Below, piece after piece: positions 17,414 through 26,924 of a stretch of 27,984 nucleotides of DNA. The stretch is taken from the IMG/VR virus record IMGVR_UViG_3300043414_000575, positions 1-27,984 of that record, one strand, 5' to 3'. The notes under the pieces were generated by a model. It was not told where the DNA came from, ran no database searches, and saw only the letters and a program-made list of their open reading frames with translations. Source of the stretch: a virus (lineage: Duplodnaviria; Caudoviricetes). The position numbers and the translations under genes were made by a program. The stretch's first letter is position 1. Each line of letters opens with the position of its first letter.

Positions 17414-17662
17414 ATGGCACTTGCTCTTGTCTACGATCCTCGCTACCACGATTTTCAGTCATGGGCATCGCTCATGTGCGAGGCGTATGCTGGTCAACAG
17501 TTATCAGTTCCCAATGATCAAACAGATTGGAAAGAGTGGGGCATGGGTTTAAAAGCAATCGATACCTTTACAAATGAAGGTATTCCTAGCCCAGACATTT
17601 TTGAAGATTGGCACGATTGGGCGGCGGCTTTAGTCGGTGCAATTAACCAAAGGGTTGAATAA
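17414..17662 (+). CDS. Trp-rich small virion protein (82 aa)
   Basis: ATG 1 nt after the nozzle stop (MALALVYDPR...); TAATG coupling to the next gene; track start at 17342 is probably too early. Confidence 0.65.
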   Translation: MALALVYDPRYHDFQSWASLMCEAYAGQQLSVPNDQTDWKEWGMGLKAIDTFTNEGIPSPDIFEDWHDWAAALVGAINQRVE

Positions 17663-19866
17663 TGAATTCCAGCGATTCATATGATGGCGCTTATGAAGAC
17701 ACTGCACCTGAAGTTGTAGCTGCTTCTGCACCCCCATCAGATGAGCAAATCCTAGCATTTGTTCAGGCCAACATTGACAATCCTGCACTGATTGCTGAGA
17801 CTGCTGCACAGTATGGTGTGTCTATTTCTGATTTATCTCGCGCTACTGGTTTTGGTCAAGATGCAGTTGTAAGTTACTTTCAGCAACATGATGTTGCTCC
17901 GCCAACATATACACCATCCGAAACAAAACAGGTAGAAATTTCAAAACCTACTGAGATTGTTGAGACTACCCCTCCGCTAGAGAGACCTGTTGAGGAGCCT
18001 CCGCGTCGTCCAGATGAGCCACCTGTAAAGGAAGAACCTCCTAGACCAGAAGAGCCAAGAGTAATCTATGAACCAAAACCTGTAGATTTAGGTGATGGCA
18101 CATTCAGAACACCCGGCGGCACCATTATTGATAGAGATGGTCGTCCAGTTACTACAACTGTTGATACAACTGCCGCAACCACTACTGCAACCACTACTGC
18201 AACGCCTACTGCAACTACACCAGCCGCAACAACTACTGCAACAACATTGCCAACAGTTACCGACTATCAAGGTCATCAGTATGACAGTGCTCAGTTGCTA
18301 ACACTTGCTCAACAGATTGCACAAAACGCAGGAACCATGACTGGTGGTGCATTTCAAACCAAAGGCAAGAGCATTGGTTTTGATGCAAGTGAAGCAAACA
18401 AGTTGCTAGGTAGAACTGCCACGGCATCTGAGCAAGTTCTGTTGGATATGGCACGTCAGTTTATGCAAACTGGCATAACCGACTTGAGTCAGTTAAAAAC
18501 CCAAGACATTACAGGCAGTGCCAGTGTCAGTATTGATCCAGATACTGGCGAATATTACGCACTTGTTCAAGACTCAAATGGTGAGTCAGCTACACGCAAA
18601 AACTTGACCCCTGATCAAGTTGCCAAGATTAAGACCAAAGAGGTCATTGATGATAACGGTACATCTGTTAGCAGAACAATTGATGACCTAATAACTGGAA
18701 AAGGATTGTTTGCCAATGGCAAGTTGTTATCCAAAGCGGATGCAATGAACAATCCAATTGAGTACACCATTGGTAACACCTACACAGGTGGCGGCGGTAC
18801 AAGTTATCAGCTAAAGATTGACCAAAAGACTGGCAAACCTGTGGTTTCTGCAAGTGGTTTCACAACCAGTGATGCAGACTCAATCATGCCAATCATTATG
18901 GTTGCGTCCAACTTTTTGTTGCCCGGTGTTGGCTCCATGCTTGCTAGCACATTTGCTGAAGCTGGCATGAGTGAGATTGTGTCTCAGGTTGTTTCAAAGG
19001 CTGTCATCAATGGCGTGACAAGCGGCATCATGGCAGAGGCATCTGGCGGACAGTTTGGGGATGGATTCTTAAAGGGTGCTGTTACTGGCGCTATTTCTGC
19101 TGGTGTGGCTCCAATGATTTCTACGGCATTGCCATCAGACCTTTCGCCTGCTATGTCAACCGCCCTAACAAAGGCTGGCACAGCGGCTATAACAGCCTTG
19201 GCCACTGGACAAGATGTCAGTAAAGCCGTTGGAACTACATTGCTGAATTCAGTTACTAATACAGGTCTTGGTGTTTTAAGTAGTGAAATGGGATTGTCAA
19301 CAGCAGATGCAAAATTGCTCACCAGTGTTTTGGCTCCAGTTGTAACTCAATTGGTTACCAATGGTAATGTCAACGATGCAACTTTAATGAATGCGGTTTT
19401 GTTGGCTGGCTCTACCGTTCTTGCAAATACAGGTTCTATTACCAATACTACGGATGTAACTACTGGTGACGATACCAGCACTGGTGGATTAAACTTGCTT
19501 GCACGAGATGCGGCTAGTACACTTGGAACTGGATTGGCGGCGGCTTCTACAGCTACTGGGTTACTGAACAAAGCAACATCTTTAACTCAACCAGTAACCA
19601 AAGTTAATAAGACAAAAGCCAATTTGGTTGGTGCTTTGAAGACAAATACACCGACAACCAAAGTAGCGGCGGTTAAACCTTCGGCTTTAAGTACATTAAA
19701 TACAGCCAAAACAGTTGTAAAGCCTCCAACCCAAGTCAATGTGGCAAATTTAACCCCAATTAAGACAACTTCTGCCCCAAAAAAGGTAGATGTAAGTACA
19801 CTTAAACGATTGACAAATGTCTCTGGACTAACCGCATTGAAACAAACCCCCATTGGTAAGGGATAA
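17662..19866 (+). CDS. Internal virion/ejection protein with membrane-insertion-like segment (734 aa)
   Basis: Acidic N-terminus, Pro/Glu and Thr/Ala linkers, long Gly/Ala hydrophobic block (IMPIIMV..ITALATG), basic tail; post-nozzle position. Confidence 0.6.
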   Translation: MNSSDSYDGAYEDTAPEVVAASAPPSDEQILAFVQANIDNPALIAETAAQYGVSISDLSRATGFGQDAVVSYFQQHDVAPPTYTPSETKQVEISKPTEIVETTPPLERPVEEPPRRPDEPPVKEEPPRPEEPRVIYEPKPVDLGDGTFRTPGGTIIDRDGRPVTTTVDTTAATTTATTTATPTATTPAATTTATTLPTVTDYQGHQYDSAQLLTLAQQIAQNAGTMTGGAFQTKGKSIGFDASEANKLLGRTATASEQVLLDMARQFMQTGITDLSQLKTQDITGSASVSIDPDTGEYYALVQDSNGESATRKNLTPDQVAKIKTKEVIDDNGTSVSRTIDDLITGKGLFANGKLLSKADAMNNPIEYTIGNTYTGGGGTSYQLKIDQKTGKPVVSASGFTTSDADSIMPIIMVASNFLLPGVGSMLASTFAEAGMSEIVSQVVSKAVINGVTSGIMAEASGGQFGDGFLKGAVTGAISAGVAPMISTALPSDLSPAMSTALTKAGTAAITALATGQDVSKAVGTTLLNSVTNTGLGVLSSEMGLSTADAKLLTSVLAPVVTQLVTNGNVNDATLMNAVLLAGSTVLANTGSITNTTDVTTGDDTSTGGLNLLARDAASTLGTGLAAASTATGLLNKATSLTQPVTKVNKTKANLVGALKTNTPTTKVAAVKPSALSTLNTAKTVVKPPTQVNVANLTPIKTTSAPKKVDVSTLKRLTNVSGLTALKQTPIGKG

Positions 19867-19869
19867 AAA

Positions 19870-22785
19870 ATGGCAATATTGAATAAACGCAAGTCAACTA
19901 GCGAACTGCCGCAACTTCAACAACGCTCAATTTATGAGCCATTTGTAAATTTGGAGGCGGGTGAGCGAGGCCGTGAAATCCTAAGACCTAATGGTGTTCG
20001 TGATCGAGGCAACTTATCCACAGGACGCCCTGTAACCTCTGTTGTTCGAGGTGATGGCTCTTCTTTCGCTGGTGACAACTTAGGTGGACAATCATCTATT
20101 GGCGGGGGTAGATTGCCATCCCTTGGCGGCGTTACATCTCGCCCCATTACATCAACAACCTCTGGTGCATTGGCTCCACGCACAAGCATTGGTGGCCCTC
20201 GTGCAGGCATTACATCAAACCCTATAGGGATGAAGCCTGCGGCAACCGCACCAAAGCCCTCTGTTACATCTAAAACTGCCGCGGCAAAGCCTGCTTTAGC
20301 CGCCAAAAAACCTGCAGTTACTACGGCAAAACCTGCGGTTTCCACAAAGCCTACACTCACATCAAAGACAACTGCGGCAACAAAGCCAGCAATATCTAAG
20401 ACCCCTACTACGCCTGCAACCAAGACATCGGTTACGCCTACAGCAAAGCCAGTGGTTACAAAGTCTACTGGCACGACAAGCAAGTTGGGTACGGCTTTGA
20501 CTGGTGCTGCTTTAGGTGCGGCCACAAAGGCAGTCATTGACAAGATTACAGGAACTCCAAAGACTCCTGTTTCCAAATTGCCAACTTCCCCAGTTACTTC
20601 TGTTGTTAAGCCAGTAGGAACAGCAGTAAAACCTGCGGGTATTCCAACTGCGGGTGGCGTGGGGTTGAAGCCCGGCACGGGCGGCCCCTCATTAAAGCCT
20701 CCAACAGGCGGTGGTAAGCCCCCTGTTGTTCCTAAAGGCTCCACAGCTACAAAAGCGGCAACAACAGGTGCAACTGGTGCATTGACTGAAGATCAAATTC
20801 AAGCCGAGTTAGATCGAGTTAAAGCTGACGAAGAGGCAAATGTTGTTCCTGAAGGCGCCGTAACAAATGAAGATGGCTCTTACTCAGTTACTGAAGATGG
20901 AATGGTCACAACCTATGACAAAGATGGAAACATCATTGGCATGGAAGCGGTTACTGACACTACTGTAGGTAGTGATGGTACAGATACTATTGTTGCTGGA
21001 GATGGTACAGATACTACAACTGGTTTGACTAGAAGCCTTACTGGTGCAGGAGGTGCAGACACTATTGTTGCAGGAACTGGCACAGACACTTCCACCATGA
21101 CCGATCTTGGTGAAGGTTACTTCCAAGATGATAGTGGCAACATCTATGGTGCTGATGGTAACCTGATGTACACCCTTGGTGCTGATGGGGAATATGTTGA
21201 TGCCAATGATACAACTGGTACAACTGGTACAACCGATACATCAGAGGATATAACAACCTATACAGACCCAGATACAGGTTTTACATGGAATCTTGGTGCT
21301 GATGGTGAGTGGACTCAAGAAGGTTTTGATGACACTACATATGATGACACATTGGGTGATGACACCGACTATTCTCTTGAAGATGATACCGATTACTCCC
21401 TTGATTCAGGTGATGACGGTGAAATGAAGCGTGGTGGTTTAGCAGCGGCTTTGATGAAGCATGGCGGTAATGTCAAACACTTTATTGATGGTGGCCCTAC
21501 CACTTTAGGCTATGGTGATGATGAAGGCTACTCTGACACTACTGAAGAAGTTCAACCTTTCCAAAATGTTGACTACAACTATGGTGAGTTTGATGATCCA
21601 AAAATGTTTGCTGGCGACACTTCCCCATATGCTGGTAGCATGGCAAAAAACACTTACTTGCGTTCAGCATTGCCAGAAATTAGTGAAGGTCAAGGCACAG
21701 GACTAAATTTCACACCAGAGGGTTGGCCTGATGGCTATGAGGATAATGGCGATGGCACAGCTACTCGTATTGAAGAGGACGGTAGCACAATAACTATTGA
21801 TGCTGATAGCAATATTGTTTACACAACCGATCCTGATGGCAATCCTACTGATCCAAGCAGTGTAGATAGAACACCATCTACAGGCATTACAAGCACAGGT
21901 AGCACTGGCGGTCAAAGATACCGCACAGACCCTACAGAACAGCCTACAGGGGGCTTGCCTAACAACTCAGGGATACTTGACACCATCAAAAACTCTTTAG
22001 GTACTTATGCTGGGTCAGCTGCTGCTGGTGCATTGTTGGCTTCATTGCTTGAGGGTGCAAATAGTGGCGATGGTGGGGGTGGAAACTCAAGTGGTATTGA
22101 TATGTCTCAAGTAGGCGTTTTAAACCCGCGCACCACAGACTTTGGCATTGGCCCAGCACGCTATGTTGGCTATGATGAATATGGCTCTCAGGATGAAATG
22201 CCTGAAATGTATGGCAATGAGTTGTACAAGAACTTGAACGCCCCCGGCTTCAACCCCGTGAATGAAGGCGACTACGCTGATCCTGAAGAAGTTCAAAGCG
22301 GCGATGGTGCTGACTATGGCGATGAAGAAGAGATGGTTGACAACCCTGAAGAGGAATCAACTGAGATGGCTGACGGCGGTATGGCTCACCAAACTCACTA
22401 CACCTTTGGCAAGTACATTGATCCTTTGGTCAATCTTGGCCTTAAGAGTGGTCAGCCAATGAAGTCTGGTGGTTTGTCTCATGGGGGTTTACCCGCATTT
22501 TCAAATGTGCCTATTACTCAAGGTCGCTTAAACTTTAGGCAAGGTGCGGCTGTTCATGGCCCCGGTGATGGTCAGTCTGATGACATCCCAGCCATGCTTG
22601 CTGATGGTGAGTATGTGATTGATGCTGAGACTGTGGCTCAAATTGGCAATGGCTCAACTAAGGCTGGCGCACACGCTTTAGACAAATTTAGAGAAAATAT
22701 TAGATCGCACAAGCGGTCTGCATCTATTGATAAAATACCGCCTAAGACTAAGGCGCTTACATCCTACTTAAAGGGAGCAAGATAA
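19870..22785 (+). CDS. Large charge-segregated ejection protein (971 aa) with C-terminal GPGxGxSDxI domain
   Basis: K/T/P/A-rich N-third, D/G/T-rich middle, xxxGG motifs, GPGDGQSDDIPAMLADGEYV. Confidence 0.65.
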   Translation: MAILNKRKSTSELPQLQQRSIYEPFVNLEAGERGREILRPNGVRDRGNLSTGRPVTSVVRGDGSSFAGDNLGGQSSIGGGRLPSLGGVTSRPITSTTSGALAPRTSIGGPRAGITSNPIGMKPAATAPKPSVTSKTAAAKPALAAKKPAVTTAKPAVSTKPTLTSKTTAATKPAISKTPTTPATKTSVTPTAKPVVTKSTGTTSKLGTALTGAALGAATKAVIDKITGTPKTPVSKLPTSPVTSVVKPVGTAVKPAGIPTAGGVGLKPGTGGPSLKPPTGGGKPPVVPKGSTATKAATTGATGALTEDQIQAELDRVKADEEANVVPEGAVTNEDGSYSVTEDGMVTTYDKDGNIIGMEAVTDTTVGSDGTDTIVAGDGTDTTTGLTRSLTGAGGADTIVAGTGTDTSTMTDLGEGYFQDDSGNIYGADGNLMYTLGADGEYVDANDTTGTTGTTDTSEDITTYTDPDTGFTWNLGADGEWTQEGFDDTTYDDTLGDDTDYSLEDDTDYSLDSGDDGEMKRGGLAAALMKHGGNVKHFIDGGPTTLGYGDDEGYSDTTEEVQPFQNVDYNYGEFDDPKMFAGDTSPYAGSMAKNTYLRSALPEISEGQGTGLNFTPEGWPDGYEDNGDGTATRIEEDGSTITIDADSNIVYTTDPDGNPTDPSSVDRTPSTGITSTGSTGGQRYRTDPTEQPTGGLPNNSGILDTIKNSLGTYAGSAAAGALLASLLEGANSGDGGGGNSSGIDMSQVGVLNPRTTDFGIGPARYVGYDEYGSQDEMPEMYGNELYKNLNAPGFNPVNEGDYADPEEVQSGDGADYGDEEEMVDNPEEESTEMADGGMAHQTHYTFGKYIDPLVNLGLKSGQPMKSGGLSHGGLPAFSNVPITQGRLNFRQGAAVHGPGDGQSDDIPAMLADGEYVIDAETVAQIGNGSTKAGAHALDKFRENIRSHKRSASIDKIPPKTKALTSYLKGAR
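21358..21405 (+). repeat. 24-nt tandem repeat x2 encoding DDTDYSL[ED]
   Basis: gatgacaccgactattctcttgaa / gatgataccgattactcccttgat. Confidence 0.8.
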
Positions 22786-23723
22786 TGGCTGGTTTATTCC
22801 AAGGTGATCAGTTACCAGATGTAACAAAGACGACCGAGACGCAACAGACTGCGCCTGAGTTCTATACCAATTACCTGCAAGACATTGCAAATCTTGGTCA
22901 AAATGCCGTAGAGCAAGGCGGTGTTGCTGGGTTTAGCCCACTGCAACAGCAAGCCTTTCAAATGGCCCCAGATATTGCTTTTTCTGGTGCTGGGTCTTTG
23001 GGTGCCGCATCCCAATTAATGGGCGAGGCTGGCTCTACAACGGTTCCTGATGTCATTGCCGACTACATGAACCCATACACTAGTGGTGTGGTAGGAGAGA
23101 TGGGTCGCCTGCAGCAACGCAACATTCAAGAAAATGTATTGCCCAATTTGGGTGCAGCGGCTACAGGCTCTGGTCAGTTTGGCTCACGCCGCCAATCACA
23201 AATTACTGGTCAAACTTTGCGAGATATGCAATCTGACTTAGTTGGTCGCCAAATGGGTGCATTACAACAAGGTTATGGTCAGGCTGGTGCATTGGCTCAG
23301 GGTGACTTAACCCGGGCTTTACAAGTGGGTCAAGGCTTTACCCAATTAGGGCAAGAGCAACAACAGTTGGGCCTGGGAGGTCTGAAGTCTATGTATGACT
23401 ATGGCACCCAACAACAGGCTCAAGGTCAAAAAATGTTGGATTATCCAATGTTTCAAGCACAACAGTATGCTAACTTGCTCAAAGGCCAAAACATCCCAAC
23501 GGGTCAAGTTCAGCAGTACACTGGCCCTGATGCTGGCTCATATGCAAATAGCCCTCTGTCTCAGATTGCTGGCTTGTTGACTGGTTTGGGTTCATTCTTT
23601 AGAACACCAACAGCAAAAGATGGCGGCATTATGGAAAAAGCAGATGGCGGCTCAGTTGGTGCGCCTGCTTACCATGATGGAAATGGTAATTTGTATGATG
23701 CAAACGGTTATTTGGTGGAGTAA
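22785..23723 (+). CDS. Gln/Gly-rich pilot/ejection protein (312 aa)
   Basis: GGGAG SD with TAATG coupling; FSPLQQQA, YMNPYT and GQFGSRR motifs; hydrophobic IAGLLTGLGSFF. Confidence 0.65.
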   Translation: MAGLFQGDQLPDVTKTTETQQTAPEFYTNYLQDIANLGQNAVEQGGVAGFSPLQQQAFQMAPDIAFSGAGSLGAASQLMGEAGSTTVPDVIADYMNPYTSGVVGEMGRLQQRNIQENVLPNLGAAATGSGQFGSRRQSQITGQTLRDMQSDLVGRQMGALQQGYGQAGALAQGDLTRALQVGQGFTQLGQEQQQLGLGGLKSMYDYGTQQQAQGQKMLDYPMFQAQQYANLLKGQNIPTGQVQQYTGPDAGSYANSPLSQIAGLLTGLGSFFRTPTAKDGGIMEKADGGSVGAPAYHDGNGNLYDANGYLVE

Positions 23724-23726
23724 AAG

Positions 23727-25556
23727 ATGGCACTACAACCACAAGGCGGATTAGGTCAAGCATCTGCACCTCAGCAGGCACCTCAACAAAAAGCCCTACC
23801 CTCTCAGCAAGCGGCTGGGAATATTAATGTTGGCGCTCGTGCCTCTAGCATGGAGCAAGAGGAAGTCAGTCCAGTATCTGACTACATCACTAAGACGATG
23901 GAGGACATTGACTCTACACGAGAGACAATGAACCAAGTCATACAACGCTTGAGGGCCGGTTTAGATAATAGAAAAAATCAACTATTTGATCCAGTAACAA
24001 TGGCCGCAGCAAGTGGTTTTTTAAAGCCTACTCGTACTGGCTCATTTGGTGAATCAGTAGGATATGCGGGTGAGGGTGCTAGTTTGGCGGCTGATAAAGA
24101 AATGCAGCGCCAAAAAGAAAATCAAAAGTTAGAAGTTGAGTTGCTTGGCCAAGAAATGGAAATGAAAAAGCAATTGGCTGGTGATGCAATTATGAAGAGC
24201 ATCCTACCCGGTGGTGCTATGGGCAAGCCCGCGGTTGGTATGCCAGCAGTTGGTGGCGCTCCTATCAATGCCAATGCATCTGCCCCTGCTATTGGCACAC
24301 CTCCTGTGCCATCTCAAGGTGTGCAAGTAGCATCTAATGTTACTGGTCTGCCCTTAACCCCATCACAAAGAATACTGCAAGCCGCCCAAAGCGGTATGCC
24401 CATAACTGATGAGTTGTTGTGGGCGGCTAAACGGATTGGTGACAAGAATTTGATTTCAATTCTTGATAGCATGAAAAAGAATCAAATAGAAGAAGCAAAA
24501 CTTGGCATTGAGGCTGAGAAGACTGACATTCAACGTCAACAATTTGGTTTGCAAACTCGTGATGTTTATGTTGGGGACTTGCGTGAAACCATTAAGATGG
24601 ATGCAAAAGACTATGAAGCCTACAAAAATGCTCGTGCGGAATACCAACGCACTGGTGACTATCAGGCGCTCTTTAAGTTTTATGATAACCAAGGCTACTT
24701 ACGCCCTGAGTCACGCCCTACGACCGCACCAACAGGAACTCCTCCCCCAGGACCCGCAGGCGTTCCTGCCGCTGGCGGTGTTCCACAGCCACTTGTAAAG
24801 CCAGTCTTTACACCTCCAAAGTCTCCTGAGCAAATAGAAGTTGAGAAGCAAGAAGAGATTACTCGAAGGGCTGAACAACGTAAAGCAGATCAGGCACAAG
24901 TTGACAGACTGCAATTGTCCCGTGATACTGCTCAGGAGCGAACTATTGCTGCTGACTCTATTTATGGCTTGGCTGAGAGCAAAGATACAGGTCGTGTGTT
25001 TGAGTTCTTTACAAAGCCAACGATTCGTAACATCATTGCTACGGCTATTGAAGGAAAGCAAGGGGTTCGCACGCCTCTTGGAACCCTTGAGATTCAGAAC
25101 ATCAAGAAAGCCATGCAACTTGCTGGCGCTACAGGTGCAGAGTTGAGCGCTGCTCAAATGATTTTGCGTAATAGCACAATGCTGAACTTACAGGACACAA
25201 TTTCATTGATGCCTAAACAGGGTGCAATTACTGAGGGTGAGCGCGTATTGATTGCCAATTTAAATCCCAATGTGTGGGAAGACACAAGAGACTCTGCTAT
25301 GGCTAAGTCTCAGTTGGTCAAGGCTCGTGCTGAGTATGATCAAGATATATCAAAGATATACAGTGATTGGAAGAAGAAAAACCCAACAGGCTTAATGGAT
25401 GACTTCAAGCAGTCATCTGAGTTGTCACAGCGTTATGATCAATATGGGCAAGTCACCAAACAGATTGCCAACAAGTATTTCCCCAACATCAAGCCAGCAC
25501 CAAGCACCCGGGTTCAACCCTCTGGTGGTGGTTCGCTTGAGTCACAAATTCGTTGA
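23727..25556 (+). CDS. Helical ejection/internal virion protein (609 aa)
   Basis: GGAG SD; coiled-coil segments, Pro-rich linkers, GAITEGER motif; position in the ejection block. Confidence 0.6.
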   Translation: MALQPQGGLGQASAPQQAPQQKALPSQQAAGNINVGARASSMEQEEVSPVSDYITKTMEDIDSTRETMNQVIQRLRAGLDNRKNQLFDPVTMAAASGFLKPTRTGSFGESVGYAGEGASLAADKEMQRQKENQKLEVELLGQEMEMKKQLAGDAIMKSILPGGAMGKPAVGMPAVGGAPINANASAPAIGTPPVPSQGVQVASNVTGLPLTPSQRILQAAQSGMPITDELLWAAKRIGDKNLISILDSMKKNQIEEAKLGIEAEKTDIQRQQFGLQTRDVYVGDLRETIKMDAKDYEAYKNARAEYQRTGDYQALFKFYDNQGYLRPESRPTTAPTGTPPPGPAGVPAAGGVPQPLVKPVFTPPKSPEQIEVEKQEEITRRAEQRKADQAQVDRLQLSRDTAQERTIAADSIYGLAESKDTGRVFEFFTKPTIRNIIATAIEGKQGVRTPLGTLEIQNIKKAMQLAGATGAELSAAQMILRNSTMLNLQDTISLMPKQGAITEGERVLIANLNPNVWEDTRDSAMAKSQLVKARAEYDQDISKIYSDWKKKNPTGLMDDFKQSSELSQRYDQYGQVTKQIANKYFPNIKPAPSTRVQPSGGGSLESQIR

Positions 25557-25564
25557 GGTAAAAC

Positions 25565-26863
25565 ATGGACTTTGGCAAACTTACAGAAGATCAAAAAGTC
25601 ACGGCTCGCATGATTGCGGACGAGGCGCGAGCCAATAATGTTGACCCTGAGTTGGCATTGGCTATTGGCTTTCGAGAGAATAGGTTTCTAAACAGGGTTA
25701 ACCCTGATAGTGGTGCTATGGGTGTGATGCAAGTAATGCCTGCCAATGCCCAGCCACTAGGGATGAAAATTGAGGATTTAAATGATCCTCATATGAATAT
25801 TATTGCTGGCGTGCGCATCCTAAAAGAAAACTTAGATCGCTACAAAGGTGATGCCAAGTTATCAACTATTGCTTACAACTCTAGACCCATAGTGGCTGAC
25901 CGCTATGCCAAGCATGGTGATGACACCCTCTTACCCAAAGAGACTCAAAACTATTGGCGTGATGTAAATAATTTTAGAGACCTTAGCATCAATGGTTACT
26001 TGCCTGCGCAAGCAGAGGCTCAACAACAAGGTGGTGTTGATCTTGGTGGTAAACCACAGCCCTTAGATAACCCATTACAGCAATCAAACATTGGCAATAA
26101 GTATGATGCAGTTAGGTATGCTATTTCAGACCCAGAGGGCGGTGTAGACAAGCCCTTGATGACCCTTGGCGGTGCTGGGGTTGGTGTACTTGCTGGGGCA
26201 GCAGATGTCGGCAACCGCACACTTAATAAGATTACTAATGCTTTTGAAGCAAGCACAGAGGCGGCTAAAGCCAATCAATTGGCGGCTGAAGCAAGTCAAG
26301 CGGCATCTGCACATACCATAGGTGATCCAAACTCTGCTGGTCAAAAGTGGAAAAAAACAACTGGTTTTGGTTATGGTAAAGGTACAACCGTTCAAGAGGT
26401 TGATTCTGCTTATAAGCGTGCAAAAGGCCAAGGGCAAGTATCTTCACGTTTGTCTAATCTATATGGCATTCCAGAAAAAGGTGAATCAATCTTAGACATG
26501 ATGATTCGCAAGAAAAAAGAAGCCGAAATACTTTCCCAAGATGCCCTCAAACAAGAAAAAGCGGCGGCACAAGCAGCAAAACGAGCCAACATGGTCAGCA
26601 AGACTGGCGCCTTGGCTCGCATTCCAATCATTGGCCCAGCCATTGCTGGCGGCTCGATGGGCTACGACATTGCTGACCTCATTGAACGATATGAGCAAGG
26701 CGATACAAGCGGTGCAGTCATCCAAGGCATCGGTGCTTTAGGCTCAGGTCTTTCTATGATTCCCCATCCTATGACACGTGCGGTTGGCACAGTCATGGGT
26801 GCAGGAGCCATCCCCGCGGTAATGCTAAACGATTACCTCAAAAGCCGAGGCTCAAAGGAGTAG
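25565..26863 (+). CDS. Virion-associated lytic transglycosylase (SLT domain) with C-terminal hydrophobic segments
   Basis: GAGGT SD; LALAIGFREN (catalytic Glu), GAMGVMQVMP, NIIAGVRIL, AYN, ETQNY. Confidence 0.85.
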   Translation: MDFGKLTEDQKVTARMIADEARANNVDPELALAIGFRENRFLNRVNPDSGAMGVMQVMPANAQPLGMKIEDLNDPHMNIIAGVRILKENLDRYKGDAKLSTIAYNSRPIVADRYAKHGDDTLLPKETQNYWRDVNNFRDLSINGYLPAQAEAQQQGGVDLGGKPQPLDNPLQQSNIGNKYDAVRYAISDPEGGVDKPLMTLGGAGVGVLAGAADVGNRTLNKITNAFEASTEAAKANQLAAEASQAASAHTIGDPNSAGQKWKKTTGFGYGKGTTVQEVDSAYKRAKGQGQVSSRLSNLYGIPEKGESILDMMIRKKKEAEILSQDALKQEKAAAQAAKRANMVSKTGALARIPIIGPAIAGGSMGYDIADLIERYEQGDTSGAVIQGIGALGSGLSMIPHPMTRAVGTVMGAGAIPAVMLNDYLKSRGSKE

Positions 26864-26898
26864 AATGCCATTGAGGAGCAGTTGCCACTCTCCTTCTT

Positions 26899-26924
26899 AG
26901 CCCCCTTCATTGGGGGCTTTTTTT
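26899..26924 (+). terminator. Rho-independent terminator ending the late operon at the convergence point
   Basis: AGCCCCC-TTCATT-GGGGGCT followed by T6. Confidence 0.85.

Noticed and set aside
18150-18246. ACT/ACA/GCA-rich quasi-repeat
   Set aside because: Encodes a Thr/Ala linker; no constant repeat-spacer structure, so not a CRISPR array.
19932-20744. 270-aa antisense ORF, and the many other - strand ORFs between 531 and 26725
   Set aside because: They shadow Thr/Gly/Ala/Pro-rich + strand genes whose codons rarely give antisense stops; no recognisable motifs.
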